The notes: generated from the sequence alone by a model not told the origin. 64,000 nucleotides of DNA from Candidatus Roizmanbacteria bacterium (GCA_013335175.1 JAAXWC010000004.1:40999-104998); one strand, 5' to 3'. Shown: positions 18,485 to 29,308, numbered from the stretch's first letter. Made by a program: numbers and translations.

Positions 18485-19540
18485 TTATCCCTTCACCTTT
18501 TTCAGTACTTCCGGGAGTTTGTGGCCCGTTTTTTTTATGATCTTTGGTTTGCCAGATTTCGGGAAAAGAGCTAAAACGACCTCAAAGAGACCTCCTGCTT
18601 TCTCTTCCTTCACCATAAGTCGAGCACTAACCAAATTTTGAGTATGGGCAATCCCCTGCTTCATACGTTTAAAAAATGTTTCGACAACAGCACGACTTTT
18701 CTCAGAAACATTTTTTTGAATGAGTTCAAAAGGAATTGGTTTGGCAGAAACTATCAATAATTCTAAAAAGTCCCGGGTTGTAATGAGTCCAATTGGCCGT
18801 TTATCTTTATCGATGACAACCACACTCCCGATATTTTTATCAATAACCATTTTGAGTGCCTTTGCCATTGTATCGGATTTAGTAAGCAAAAGAACATTCG
18901 TTTTTGCAAATTTTTTTACTTTTTGAGCGTACAGTCCCCCCTTATCTTTTAACTCTGTTTTTGGCTTCTTCTTCGGAGAAATAAGGAAATGGATAAGATC
19001 ATAATGACACAATATCCCTTTGAGACGGAACAGATGATCCACCACCACAAGCTTTGATACTTTTTCCTTTTTAAAAAGATGCAATGCTACAGAAAGAGGA
19101 TCATCTTCAAACACCGTGAGCGTGGCACGTTTTTTCTTTTCGAGTACCTTACCAATCGGGACATCAAAACGCGGGTCAGTACTGTTTGTCTCCAACAGGT
19201 GCCGAGATGAAATTACACCCATGATATCGTTATGATCATCGAACACCGGAAGGTAATGAATTTTTGAGCCAATGATATGGCGTATAACCTGCTCCATCGA
19301 TTCATGAGAACGGATTTTTGGCGGATGAAAAAGACAATGCTCAAGTTTTGCATTACCAGGGAACGAATTGCGAATAAGACAGTGATAGGGATTTACCAGC
19401 CCTACAAATGCTTTTGCTTCGTTGAAAACAAGGGCCGCATCGTGCGAGGTTGAAAGTTTGGATAATGCAGAGGACAACTGTTCGTGCTGGGAGATACGGA
19501 TAATTTTATCGGTTTTTAATAGTTCGACTACGTTTTTCAT
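18485..19540 (-). CDS. CBS-domain protein
   Basis: Repeated CBS-like segments (HYLPVFDDHNDIMGVISSRHLL; VSKLVVVDHLFRLKGILCHYDL; GSVVVIDKDKRPIGLITTRDFL). Start set at MKNVVELL. The ORF-track start at 19606 is an alternative. Confidence 0.65.
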   Translation of the reverse strand: MKNVVELLKTDKIIRISQHEQLSSALSKLSTSHDAALVFNEAKAFVGLVNPYHCLIRNSFPGNAKLEHCLFHPPKIRSHESMEQVIRHIIGSKIHYLPVFDDHNDIMGVISSRHLLETNSTDPRFDVPIGKVLEKKKRATLTVFEDDPLSVALHLFKKEKVSKLVVVDHLFRLKGILCHYDLIHFLISPKKKPKTELKDKGGLYAQKVKKFAKTNVLLLTKSDTMAKALKMVIDKNIGSVVVIDKDKRPIGLITTRDFLELLIVSAKPIPFELIQKNVSEKSRAVVETFFKRMKQGIAHTQNLVSARLMVKEEKAGGLFEVVLALFPKSGKPKIIKKTGHKLPEVLKKVKG

Positions 19541-19647
19541 AGGTAGATTGAGTAGAATTTGTAACGTACACCCCCTATAGTACTCCCGTCTGTTTAAAGA
19601 AGTCAAGTGTTATCGAAGTCTACTACTGATCCTTATTTTTCAGATAT

Positions 19648-20466
19648 TTATCTATACCGATTTATTTCATTTTGGAGCTTCTGAGACTCCTCCCGAGCAC
19701 GTGTCGCAAAATCTTCTTTATCTGATGCAAAAATAATCCCACGGGATGAATTGATAACTATCCCGGCATTGGAAGAATTTAATCCTGCTTTCACGGTCTT
19801 TTCTACATCCCCGCCCTGAGCACCGATACCGGGCACGAGAAAACTCATGTCCCCTGCCGTTTTTCGAACCTTTGCCAATTCCTCAGGATAGGTTGCGCCA
19901 ACAACTAACATACAATTCCCATTTTGATTCCACTCCCCCGCTACTTTTTCGGCAACCCTCTCATACAACGGTTTTCCCTCGACAAGTTGATTTTGAAACT
20001 CATCCGAACCAGAATTTGAAGTCTTACATAGGATAATCGCAATTTTATCTTTTCGATCGAGAAAGGGTTGAATCGCCTCTCTCCCCAGATACGGATGAAG
20101 GGTTATCGCATCAACACCAAGGTAGTCATAGGCAAACGTAACATATCCCGCATTTGTACTCCCAATATCGGCTCGTTTTGCATCTAAAATGGTTATAATG
20201 CCGGGATACGTTTGGTGGATATAATCGCAGGTCAGTTTCAACTCCCGAATCCCCTGTTCTCCCCGCGCTTCATAAAACGCGGAGTTAGGTTTGTAGGTAC
20301 ACACCAGATCGTGCGTGGCATCGATGATGGCTTTATTGAACTCAAACTGCGGATTTTCCTGAGATTGAATATGTTGCGGAATTTTTTCAAGCAATGGATC
20401 AAGCCCAACACACACAAGCGAATTGTTTTTTTGGATAATTGCATCCAGTTTTTGCTGTATGGACAT
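19648..20466 (-). CDS. pyrF: orotidine 5'-phosphate decarboxylase
   Basis: LVCVGLDP and ILDAKRADIGSTN motifs. Last gene of the pyr operon. Confidence 0.9.
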   Translation of the reverse strand: MSIQQKLDAIIQKNNSLVCVGLDPLLEKIPQHIQSQENPQFEFNKAIIDATHDLVCTYKPNSAFYEARGEQGIRELKLTCDYIHQTYPGIITILDAKRADIGSTNAGYVTFAYDYLGVDAITLHPYLGREAIQPFLDRKDKIAIILCKTSNSGSDEFQNQLVEGKPLYERVAEKVAGEWNQNGNCMLVVGATYPEELAKVRKTAGDMSFLVPGIGAQGGDVEKTVKAGLNSSNAGIVINSSRGIIFASDKEDFATRAREESQKLQNEINRYR

Positions 20467-20483
20467 AGTAAATATATGGATAA

Positions 20484-21125
20484 TTACACTGCGTTGCCTG
20501 CTTTTGCCTCAAGATATTTTTTTCCATGGCCGACCTGTGTATTAACGGGCACACCGTTTTTGCAAAGCTCACACTCAGCTTCTTCATACGAAACTACCTC
20601 CATAACTCCTAGCGCACGGAAATCAGAAACACCGATACTCTCTTTCGTTACAAGTTTTGGATCACGGTTTACCATCACCCCAACAGCGACCACCTCGCCT
20701 CCCGCAGCGCGAACGACATCAACTACTTTTTTGACAGAACCACCAGTGCTGGTGAGATCTTCTATGACCAGAACTTTTTTCCCCACAACGAGCTTATCAT
20801 AACCCCGTGTGAAGATCATCGATTTATCAGGCCCTTTTTCTGTGTAAACACCTAATACCTCTTTATTTTTTAATTGACCCAAATGATAGGCTGTCCACTG
20901 TGAAAGGATAATTCCTCCTAATGCCGGGGCCGCGACCACATCGATATCAAGATCGCTAAATTTTTCTGCAAACAGTTTACCTACTTCTGATGATGACTCT
21001 GTGTGTGGATACAAGGCATCTTTGTTTATATAAGCAGGTGAATGTCGGCCCGAGGTAAGCACAAAATGACTTTCTGTAATAACTGCTCCAACGTTTTTTA
21101 AAATTGAGATCACATCGTCATTCAT
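20484..21125 (-). CDS. pyrE: orotate phosphoribosyltransferase
   Basis: PRPP-binding motif VLVIEDLTSTGGS. Operon context. Confidence 0.9.
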   Translation of the reverse strand: MNDDVISILKNVGAVITESHFVLTSGRHSPAYINKDALYPHTESSSEVGKLFAEKFSDLDIDVVAAPALGGIILSQWTAYHLGQLKNKEVLGVYTEKGPDKSMIFTRGYDKLVVGKKVLVIEDLTSTGGSVKKVVDVVRAAGGEVVAVGVMVNRDPKLVTKESIGVSDFRALGVMEVVSYEEAECELCKNGVPVNTQVGHGKKYLEAKAGNAV

Positions 21126-21146
21126 AGATAAAAATAAATTTATAAA

Positions 21147-21563
21147 TTACTTAGCTGAAAAAAGCAAATAGATCCCACTACAAGCTAATAGTATCCCTAC
21201 TATTGCTTGTAAACTTAACTTTTCCTTCAAAAGGAGCACGCTCAGCAAAACTACTATTACCACACCACCAACGCGTAGAGTTGGCATAACAACAGCAGCC
21301 CCTGGGCCTTGAGAAAGAGCTTTAAAAGAAAATGTTGTAAATAATGCTATAAAAACCCCCCCTAACATAGCCAGCCCTATCCCTTTAGGATTAAAATCAG
21401 TTTTTCTTACTATAAGAAACAGTAACCATGAAGTGAGATAACTGCCTGTCTGAAACATAAGATTAGCAAATACCGGATCCTTCAGTCCTGAACCAAGTTT
21501 ACGTAAAATATCTGATAATCCTGAAAACCCAATTGCTGTAATTGCATATATAACCCAGTTCAT
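21147..21563 (-). CDS. small EamA-like (DMT superfamily) membrane protein
   Basis: 138 aa with 4 TM helices, resembling a single EamA domain. Embedded between pyrD and pyrE. Confidence 0.5.
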   Translation of the reverse strand: MNWVIYAITAIGFSGLSDILRKLGSGLKDPVFANLMFQTGSYLTSWLLFLIVRKTDFNPKGIGLAMLGGVFIALFTTFSFKALSQGPGAAVVMPTLRVGGVVIVVLLSVLLLKEKLSLQAIVGILLACSGIYLLFSAK

Positions 21564-21567
21564 ATGA

Positions 21568-22644
21568 TTATTTTAAAACCTTTTGTTTTATCTCTTGAGC
21601 AAGTAACGGATTCCACATGGCGCCAGTAGCACTCATAACTGCGTCTGCACCCACGTCAAGGAAGTCCTGATAATCCTGCGCATTCATTACTCCACCGACT
21701 CCCTCGATTTTGTAGGAATATCCTTTTTCCTCTTTGAGTTTTTTGAGACGTTTTACCATTTCGATCCCCGCCCATTTTATCGAGGTACCGCAGACACCGG
21801 ACTTGAGCCGCATCGGGCTTCCTGGCAGTGCCTGATTACCGTTTTTATCAACAATCGGTGCGGCTATCGTATTAATGGCCGAGATAGCGTGAGCATAGTT
21901 TGCACAGCTCTCCGCAAACTGAGCAAGAGCACCTTCATCAGCAAAATATCCAGTCTTGACGATAAGCGGAAGATCACCGATTTCTTTACGAACCGCTTTC
22001 AAAATTGCATCAGTTGCCGACAGGTTATAACAGACCAACCCTTCATTTCCAATGTTTGGACAAGACAGATTTGCTTCAAGTACTGTTGCCCCTGTCTCAG
22101 TCGCAAGTTTCGCCGCCAAAACAAAATCATCAATGAATTCCTGTGGCGTTTGATTGGGACGAACGGTTCCCATAAAGCTGAGGATGAGTACCTGACCTTT
22201 CCCTGCATAGGAAAGCGCTTTCTTTACATCATCCTGCCACTCAGACGGATCTTTGGAAGGGACACCAAAGGAGTTTGTAATCGAAAGCGGCTCAGAGTAA
22301 TCTTCTTTTACTACCAAAGGTTTCTCTGCACGTTCAATCGTTAAATCACCTTCAAGTTCAACGGGAAGAACATTGGGATGCGGATGACAGGGGAAAATAC
22401 CACTACGAACCGTTTTGTAGACGACAAGATCAAAGCCTTTTTCAAAAGCTCCCTTTACATACGCACTGTTTAGGATTGGGCCAGCGGGAATACCAAAGGG
22501 AAGATATACTTTGTGGCCGAAAAAATCATATGGTGGTTCACCGCTCTGTTGATAAACCGTTCCATCGATAAACGCCCCAAATGGACCTTCTTTGTAATTG
22601 TCTTCGTATGATTTTGTTGGATCATAAAATGGTGTTTTCAACAT
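21568..22644 (-). CDS. pyrD: dihydroorotate dehydrogenase (class 1-like)
   Basis: Active-site region ANLSCPN and a TIM-barrel FMN-binding C-terminus (GVGGV). Start set at MLKTPF (22644). Confidence 0.85.
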   Translation of the reverse strand: MLKTPFYDPTKSYEDNYKEGPFGAFIDGTVYQQSGEPPYDFFGHKVYLPFGIPAGPILNSAYVKGAFEKGFDLVVYKTVRSGIFPCHPHPNVLPVELEGDLTIERAEKPLVVKEDYSEPLSITNSFGVPSKDPSEWQDDVKKALSYAGKGQVLILSFMGTVRPNQTPQEFIDDFVLAAKLATETGATVLEANLSCPNIGNEGLVCYNLSATDAILKAVRKEIGDLPLIVKTGYFADEGALAQFAESCANYAHAISAINTIAAPIVDKNGNQALPGSPMRLKSGVCGTSIKWAGIEMVKRLKKLKEEKGYSYKIEGVGGVMNAQDYQDFLDVGADAVMSATGAMWNPLLAQEIKQKVLK

Positions 22645-22690
22645 TATGGTAATTATAAATGAGTAACTGCGATAAAATAACAATAAATTA

Positions 22691-23749
22691 CTAACTCCTG
22701 CACCGCACTATACGCCCCGATCCAGCCTCCATAAGCACGTTGCCATTCTCAAACACCGTTTTTCCCCTCAGTATCACCCGCTTCACTCTCCCCTTCCCTT
22801 TCATTCCTGCAAAGGGAGTCCAGCCGCATTTCGTATGAAGCCCCTCGTTTGTGATTTCGAACTCTTCATCGAGATCTATCTCTACTTTTGTATCAGGATC
22901 TGTCGGTAGGGAAAAAATTCGTTTTGGATTATCATAGAGTTTCGTTAAAATGTCCTCTCTACCTATTCTCCCCTCTTTCTCCGCCATAAAAAGAAGTGGT
23001 AACGTTGTTTCTAAACCAGGCACCCCAAAAGGCGGAGTGTCAGAATCTTTTTCTTCTTTCGTATGGGGAGCATGATCCGATTCTATCGTATCTACATATC
23101 TCAGATGTTCCCACAAGAAATCCTGATCCGCTTTTGATTTGAGTGAAGGCTTCATCCGTCCATAGGAACCTAAATGGGCAACATCATCTTCCGTGAGGAA
23201 TAAATGATGCGGACACACGCCACAGGTAATGGGCAACCCTTCTTCTTTTGCTTGTATAATCGGCTCCAACTCTTTTTTACTCGAAACATGACACACATGC
23301 GTCCGCTTTCCGTAAGCCCGTACAGCTTTGACCACATCTCCAATGGTGTCTTCCTCCGAATGAGTCAAAATCGGCTGAGGATACACCCAAGCTCGGAACA
23401 CTTTATCTAAAATATCGCCATTGATAAGAAAATTACCCGTTGTATGATTCAGATACAGTTTGATACCAAAAACTTTGTCGTGAATAAGAGGAAACTGATC
23501 AATATTATCCCCTAGCGAACCAAAATAAAAGCCTATATCACACACTGTTTTTGCCTTTGCGGATGCAATTTTTTCCGCTAATCGCTCAGCAGTAGTAACG
23601 GGGACCGCATTATTTGGCATATCCAAAACCGTGGTAAAGCCACCAGCTAGCGCAGCAGCCGTGCCCGTGAAAAAATCCTCTTTTTGTGTTTGCCCCGGAT
23701 CACGAAGATGAACATGGACATCTATGAAACCTGGGAATTGGGTAAGCAT
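22691..23749 (-). CDS. pyrC: dihydroorotase
   Basis: Metal-binding IDVHVHLRDPG and amidohydrolase fold motifs (HVCHVS, SDHAPH). Confidence 0.9.
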   Translation of the reverse strand: MLTQFPGFIDVHVHLRDPGQTQKEDFFTGTAAALAGGFTTVLDMPNNAVPVTTAERLAEKIASAKAKTVCDIGFYFGSLGDNIDQFPLIHDKVFGIKLYLNHTTGNFLINGDILDKVFRAWVYPQPILTHSEEDTIGDVVKAVRAYGKRTHVCHVSSKKELEPIIQAKEEGLPITCGVCPHHLFLTEDDVAHLGSYGRMKPSLKSKADQDFLWEHLRYVDTIESDHAPHTKEEKDSDTPPFGVPGLETTLPLLFMAEKEGRIGREDILTKLYDNPKRIFSLPTDPDTKVEIDLDEEFEITNEGLHTKCGWTPFAGMKGKGRVKRVILRGKTVFENGNVLMEAGSGRIVRCRS

Positions 23750-23814
23750 ACTATGTTGTTAATTTTTAATACGCTATTTGAAATAAGTCGCATTCGTCAT
23801 CTCAGACTGATGTA

Positions 23815-23890
23815 CGTCATCACGCTCATTGCATTCGCTGTCCGGAATGACAGTGAGGATAACAACGACTACCGGCGAGCGGGAGTGACG
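23815..23890. repeat. hairpin-repeat units inside the pyr operon (between carB and pyrC)
   Basis: GTCATCACGCTCATTGCATTCGCTGTCCGGAATGAC (compare 35946..35988) and AACAACGACTACCGGCGAGCGGGAGTGAC. Confidence 0.8.
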
Positions 23891-23937
23891 GTCTGTGCGT
23901 CTTTCCCGCAAACGAGGAACTGATGGTGGATGGGCAC

Positions 23938-26900
23938 TTACCGATACTCTCCCCATGCCTTAACCAATAAATCCTTATCCTTCTTTTCAGTCAGTGCCTT
24001 TACAAACAAAAATGCTTTTTCTCGATCCATAATAAGGTGAATATTGTTGTCTATAGCAGATCGACGGATAACATAGTACCCCTGTAATCCATCCCGTTCT
24101 CGATAATCGGTAACATTAATAGCAAGATCTATTTTTCCCTGTTTAAAACAATCCAAAACCGTCGGGGACATTTGCTCGTGAATTTTATATAAACGCTTCG
24201 ATGGAATACCGTTTGCTTTCATAAATTTATGCGTCTTCTCCGTAGCATAAATAGGCAATCCTAACTTATGGATACGCAAGAGCGTCGATAACAATTTCAC
24301 CTTGTTTTCATCGCCACCTATAGAAACAAAGATACCTTTTTTGGGGCGAGTTGCACCCACACTCAGTTCTGCTTTTAACAAGGCCTCTTCAACGTCTTCA
24401 CCAAAGGCCGCGGCTTCCCCAGTAGAAGACATTTCTACCCGGAGCACTGGATCGGCCCCTTCTAAACGTGCGAATGAAAATTGCGGTGCTTTCACTACCA
24501 CATAATCTTTGTACTCTACCTCAATTCGTTTTGCTTTTCCAAACAATGCATCCACTAAAATATCGGCAAAGTTTATACCTGTTGCTTTTGAAATAAACGG
24601 CAACGTACGCGATGCACGAACATTCATTTCTATCACATACACTTTTCTGTTTTTACTAATGAACTGAATATTGCATGGCCCAGTTACTTTTAATGCAGCA
24701 ACCAATTGCTTTGCAATCGAAACAATTTTTTGCTCTGTCTGCAAATAGATACGCTGCGGCGGAAAAACGATCGTTGCATCTCCTGAATGCACCCCCGCGT
24801 TTTCCACGTGTTCAGAAACAGCATAAACCTTCAATTCACCATTTTGTGCAATACCGTCAAACTCAATTTCCTGTGCGTCTTCAATAAATTTAGAGACCGT
24901 AATTGGATGCTCTTTGCTTACATCTGTTGCCATTTCAATAAACTCTAAAAGGTCCGATTCGTTATAGCACACATTCATCGCACTTCCAGAAAGCACATAC
25001 GAAGGCCGGATTAATACGGGATACCCAACTCGATTTGAGAACGATTTTGCCTCTTCAACTGTTACAAATTTATTCCATTCCGGTTGAGGAACATGAAGAG
25101 AATCTAGCAAATCAGAGAACTTATTTCTATCCTCTGCTCGATCAATATCGTCTGCCTGTGTACCAATAATTGGAATATTGTATGCAGCAAATTTTTTTGC
25201 ATTGTTATTCGGACGTTGCCCTCCCACGGAAATAATCATCCCCTGCGACTGTTCAAACTCATAGACATCGGCTACCCGTTCAAAACTGATTTCATCGAAA
25301 TACAAACGATCAGAAATATCATAATCCGTGGAAACCGTCTCAGGATTGCAGTTTATAACAATAGACGAATGGTGATGTTGTTTGAGCGCTAGTACGGTAT
25401 GTACATTTGTCCAATCAAACTCAACCGAAGATCCAATGCGGTACGGTCCAGAGCCGAGAACTATAATACCTTCTTTATGAAATGGCTCAATATCATGATA
25501 TGTTGCATTATAGGTAAGGTAGAGGTAATTTGTTTTTGCAGGAACCTCCCCTGCCAGGGTATCTATCTGTAAAACGGCAGGAATAACTTCCAATTTTTTT
25601 CGTTCTTGCCGCATTTCAAGCTCTGTTTTTCCACATAATAATCCAATTTTCCGGTCAGAAAAGCCCAATTGTTTTAAATGAAGGATCGTTTCACGGTTTA
25701 ATTTTGGTTCTTTTTGAAATGAAACCTGAGTATCTACAATGTTTTTTATTCGTGATAAAAACCATGGATCAATTCCCGTCTCCTTAGAGAGTTTTTCTAC
25801 CGTTATACCGCGTTTCAATGCTTCCGCAAGCGCGAAAATACGCTTTGGCGTGGGGGTTTTCGCTTCTTTTATGATATCGCATTTATCATCGGGAAACTTT
25901 TTATCCAACACTCCCTGATATCCAATATCTAGCATACGAATTGCTTTTTGCAACGCCTCTTCAAATGTTCTTCCAATTGACATCACTTCTCCCACTGATT
26001 TCATACTACTCCCCAATGAACTTTTTACATTTTTAAATTTCTCAAGATCCCAACGAGGAATTTTTACAACAACATAATCGAGTGCTGGTTCAAAAAAAGA
26101 TTGCGTTACTGATGTTACCTGATTTTTAATTTCAGATAATCGATACCCGAGTTGAATTTTGGCAGCGACATAGGCCAGCGGGTAGCCCGTCGCTTTTGAC
26201 GCTAGAGCAGACGAACGAGACAATCGCGCATTTACTTCGATGACATAATACTCAATTCGTCCTTTTTTTGGGTGTGGATTCAGCCCAAACTGAATATTAC
26301 ATTCACCAATAATATTCAATGTTTTGATGATAGAAATTGCGGCGGAACGAAGGGTATGGTACTCGAAATTATTCAGCGTCTGACTTGGAGCAACCACAAT
26401 CGACTCTCCCGTATGAATGCCAAGCGGGTCCATATTTTCCATATTGCAAACCGTCACACAGTTATCTTCTGCATCTCGAACAATTTCGTACTCTAATTCT
26501 TTGTAATGATGGAGATATTTATCTATTAATACCTGTGAAGAAAAAACCAGTGCATTTTTTGCTGTTTCCTTCAGTTCCTCCTCATTGTATGCAACTCCCG
26601 ATTTCTGACCGCCTAGTGCAAAAGCGGCACGAATCATAACCGGATAGCCAATTTCTTTCGCAAAAGCAACTGCCGCTTCAACCGATTCGGCCGCTCGACT
26701 GGCCGGTGCTGGAGCTCCAATAGAAGATAAATGTTTTGAGAACATATCCCGATCTTCTGTTAAGATTACAGAGTCCATGGGTGTTCCCAGTACTCGCACT
26801 CCATATTTCTTGAGAATACCTTTTTCGTACAGCTTAATGGCACAGTTTAGTGCCGTCTGTCCGCCAAACGAAACAGCAATCGCATCAGGGCGTTCTTTTT

Positions 26901-27138
26901 CGAGTACTTGTCCCACAAATTCAACTTCAACAGGAAGGAAATATACTTTATCTGCAAGTGATTCAGAGGTTTGAATCGTTGCAATATTCGGGTTTATCAA
27001 AACGGTTTTAATACCTTCTTCTTTGAATGCCTTAATCGCCTGAGAACCCGAATAATCAAACTCGCCAGCTTCACCTATTTTAAGCGCGCCAGAGCCAAGA
27101 ACAAGAATTTTTTTTGGTAGTTTTAGAAGCGGTGTCAT
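23938..27138 (-). CDS. carB: carbamoyl-phosphate synthase large subunit
   Basis: 1066 aa. Duplicated ATP-grasp halves. N-terminus ILVLGSGALKIGEAGEFDYSGSQA. Confidence 0.95.
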   Translation of the reverse strand: MTPLLKLPKKILVLGSGALKIGEAGEFDYSGSQAIKAFKEEGIKTVLINPNIATIQTSESLADKVYFLPVEVEFVGQVLEKERPDAIAVSFGGQTALNCAIKLYEKGILKKYGVRVLGTPMDSVILTEDRDMFSKHLSSIGAPAPASRAAESVEAAVAFAKEIGYPVMIRAAFALGGQKSGVAYNEEELKETAKNALVFSSQVLIDKYLHHYKELEYEIVRDAEDNCVTVCNMENMDPLGIHTGESIVVAPSQTLNNFEYHTLRSAAISIIKTLNIIGECNIQFGLNPHPKKGRIEYYVIEVNARLSRSSALASKATGYPLAYVAAKIQLGYRLSEIKNQVTSVTQSFFEPALDYVVVKIPRWDLEKFKNVKSSLGSSMKSVGEVMSIGRTFEEALQKAIRMLDIGYQGVLDKKFPDDKCDIIKEAKTPTPKRIFALAEALKRGITVEKLSKETGIDPWFLSRIKNIVDTQVSFQKEPKLNRETILHLKQLGFSDRKIGLLCGKTELEMRQERKKLEVIPAVLQIDTLAGEVPAKTNYLYLTYNATYHDIEPFHKEGIIVLGSGPYRIGSSVEFDWTNVHTVLALKQHHHSSIVINCNPETVSTDYDISDRLYFDEISFERVADVYEFEQSQGMIISVGGQRPNNNAKKFAAYNIPIIGTQADDIDRAEDRNKFSDLLDSLHVPQPEWNKFVTVEEAKSFSNRVGYPVLIRPSYVLSGSAMNVCYNESDLLEFIEMATDVSKEHPITVSKFIEDAQEIEFDGIAQNGELKVYAVSEHVENAGVHSGDATIVFPPQRIYLQTEQKIVSIAKQLVAALKVTGPCNIQFISKNRKVYVIEMNVRASRTLPFISKATGINFADILVDALFGKAKRIEVEYKDYVVVKAPQFSFARLEGADPVLRVEMSSTGEAAAFGEDVEEALLKAELSVGATRPKKGIFVSIGGDENKVKLLSTLLRIHKLGLPIYATEKTHKFMKANGIPSKRLYKIHEQMSPTVLDCFKQGKIDLAINVTDYRERDGLQGYYVIRRSAIDNNIHLIMDREKAFLFVKALTEKKDKDLLVKAWGEYR

Positions 27139-28166
27139 AGTCGTTCAATAAAATAATCAAAAATCCATTCTGTATCAAAAGGTCCACACATAGCTTCGGG
27201 ATGAAACTGAACCGACATGAATGGATATTTTGTATGAATAATGCCTTCATTCGTGCCATCGTTCCCATTGGTAAACCACGGTTTAAACCCATCGGGCATT
27301 TCCCCAATCGCAAATCCATGATTTTGAGTGGTAAGGAAACATTTTTTTGATCCTTCCAATACCACTGGCTGATTTTGGCCGCGGTGTCCAAATTTGAGTT
27401 TAAAGGTGTCTCCCCCGGCAGCCAATGAAAGAATCTGATTTCCCAAACAAATACCCATAGTAGGAACCTTATGCTCCAATGCTTTTTTAGCCGTTTCAAT
27501 TGTTTTATCAGCCATTTTTGGATCGCCCGGACCATTTGAAATGAGAATTGCATCAAACTTAAAATCGCTGGCAAACACATCATAATCCCAAGGCACTGTT
27601 ATTACCTGTAGTCCTCGACGTAATAAATTGCGTTTGATATTTTCTTTGGACCCGCAGTCGATCAGTACAATAGTTTTGTTCCCTTTTCCTTCCTTTTTCA
27701 CTTCTTTTGCTGATACCTGCGCTACCAGATTGTCTTTGTTTGGATCGTGGAATGAAATATGATCAGAAATAAGAATTTTACCGAGTGGAGATCCATCATT
27801 CCGAATTTTCTGTGCAAGAAATCGAGTATCTTTCATTTCTATCGCTGGAATCTGTTCATCTTTGAGCCACTGAGAAAGAGTCCGTTTACTTTCAAAGTGA
27901 GAGGGAGTATCGATATACTGTGAAACAATTAATCCTGATATCTGAATTTTTTCTGATTCCCAATAAACCGGATCGGGAACACCATAATTTCCAACAAGAG
28001 GATAGGTCAGTACCAAAATCTGTCCTTTGAAAGATGGATCGGTTAGGCTTTCCGGATAGCCTACCATTCCTGTCGAGAAGACAACCTCTCCAGATACCGA
28101 ATGGGGAGCCCCAAAGCTGGTTCCCAAAAACTCTGTTCCATCCTGCAAGAGTAGTTTAGTATTCAT
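27135..28166 (-). CDS. carA: carbamoyl-phosphate synthase small (glutaminase) subunit
   Basis: GATase motif GICLGNQIL with a C-terminal QFHPE. ATGA overlap with carB. Start set at MNTKLLLQDG (28166), which removes the overlap with pyrB. Confidence 0.9.
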   Translation of the reverse strand: MNTKLLLQDGTEFLGTSFGAPHSVSGEVVFSTGMVGYPESLTDPSFKGQILVLTYPLVGNYGVPDPVYWESEKIQISGLIVSQYIDTPSHFESKRTLSQWLKDEQIPAIEMKDTRFLAQKIRNDGSPLGKILISDHISFHDPNKDNLVAQVSAKEVKKEGKGNKTIVLIDCGSKENIKRNLLRRGLQVITVPWDYDVFASDFKFDAILISNGPGDPKMADKTIETAKKALEHKVPTMGICLGNQILSLAAGGDTFKLKFGHRGQNQPVVLEGSKKCFLTTQNHGFAIGEMPDGFKPWFTNGNDGTNEGIIHTKYPFMSVQFHPEAMCGPFDTEWIFDYFIERL

Positions 28167-28188
28167 AGTTCTCTCGTATTCAACAATG

Positions 28189-29169
28189 TTATTTTCCAAA
28201 AACAAGCGATAAGAGTGCCATTCGGACATACATTCCGTTTGGCACCTCGTGGGTTAAGTAATAAGCGCGAGGATCTGTATCTATTGCAGGGTCTATTTCC
28301 CCTACTCGCGGTAATGGATGCATAATAATCATATCGGCATTTCCTTTTTCTTTCAGTAGTTTTTTGGTGACAATAAATCTATTTTTGAGTACTTCGTATG
28401 TCGAAGGATCTGCCAATCGTTCCTTTTGAACTCGTGTCCAGTACCAGACCTGACAATCTGTCGGAATATCAGTTTCTTTTTCAATTTCAACGAGAGTTAC
28501 TCTCGCTTTGGTATATTCTTCAAATAGTTCTCGGGGAAGTCTGAGTTCTTTGGGTGAAAGGAGGTAAAATGTGTTTCCCGGGTAGAAAGAAAGTCCTTTT
28601 AAGAGCGAATGCACGGTACGGCCATACAAAAGATCTCCAGCGATTACCCCTTTGAGATGATCTAATCTACCAAATTTCTCGTAAAGGGTAAACATATCGA
28701 GCAGCGCTTGGGTTGGATGTTCACCAGAGCCATCGCCAGCATTCATTATAGGAATTCGAGAAAGTGCTTTGGCAGCTCGGGCAGGTGCTCCTTCTTCAAA
28801 GTGACGCATTACGATACCGTCGCTATACCCTTCGAAAACGCGAACTGTATCTTCTAGAGTCTCCCCTTTTATGGCAGAGGAGGTTTGCATGGGGTTTTGA
28901 TACTCAATCGTCTGACCACCAAGTCGTTTGATTGCAGCAGAAAAAGAACTGAAAGTGCGAGAAGAAGGCTCAAAAAAAAGCAGGGTTATTACTTTCCCTG
29001 CTAGTGCTTCCCCCTGTTCTCCATTTTGGAGACAGCGTTTAATAGTACTGGTTTTATGAAATAAAATTTCGAGAGACTGAGGGTCAAATTGACGAATAGA
29101 AATAATATGCTTTCCCGCGAAGTTTTGCCCGATTTTTACAGGATCGTCTACAAATACTTGAGTGTGCAT
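28189..29169 (-). CDS. pyrB: aspartate carbamoyltransferase catalytic subunit
   Basis: Carbamoyl-phosphate site FFEPSSRTFSSF and HPLPRV motif. Confidence 0.9.
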   Translation of the reverse strand: MHTQVFVDDPVKIGQNFAGKHIISIRQFDPQSLEILFHKTSTIKRCLQNGEQGEALAGKVITLLFFEPSSRTFSSFSAAIKRLGGQTIEYQNPMQTSSAIKGETLEDTVRVFEGYSDGIVMRHFEEGAPARAAKALSRIPIMNAGDGSGEHPTQALLDMFTLYEKFGRLDHLKGVIAGDLLYGRTVHSLLKGLSFYPGNTFYLLSPKELRLPRELFEEYTKARVTLVEIEKETDIPTDCQVWYWTRVQKERLADPSTYEVLKNRFIVTKKLLKEKGNADMIIMHPLPRVGEIDPAIDTDPRAYYLTHEVPNGMYVRMALLSLVFGK

Positions 29170-29308
29170 ATTTCTTTGTTGAGTCTATCAAACAACTAAT
29201 ACGCTGTCAATGTGTAATTTATTAACTTCTAACAATGAGCGTTCGGTTATAAAATCTAATCCAAAAATTGAATGTTTAGTGGTAAAATAGAAAAGGTATA
29301 CGCACATT

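Noticed and set aside
20212-27583. Long antisense or alternate-frame ORFs within the pyr genes: 20212..20802, 21889..22344, 24302..24505, 26337..26639 and 27080..27583.
   Set aside because: They are fully embedded in strongly supported conserved genes (pyrF/pyrE, pyrD, carB, carA), have low-complexity or atypical composition, and have no independent start signals.
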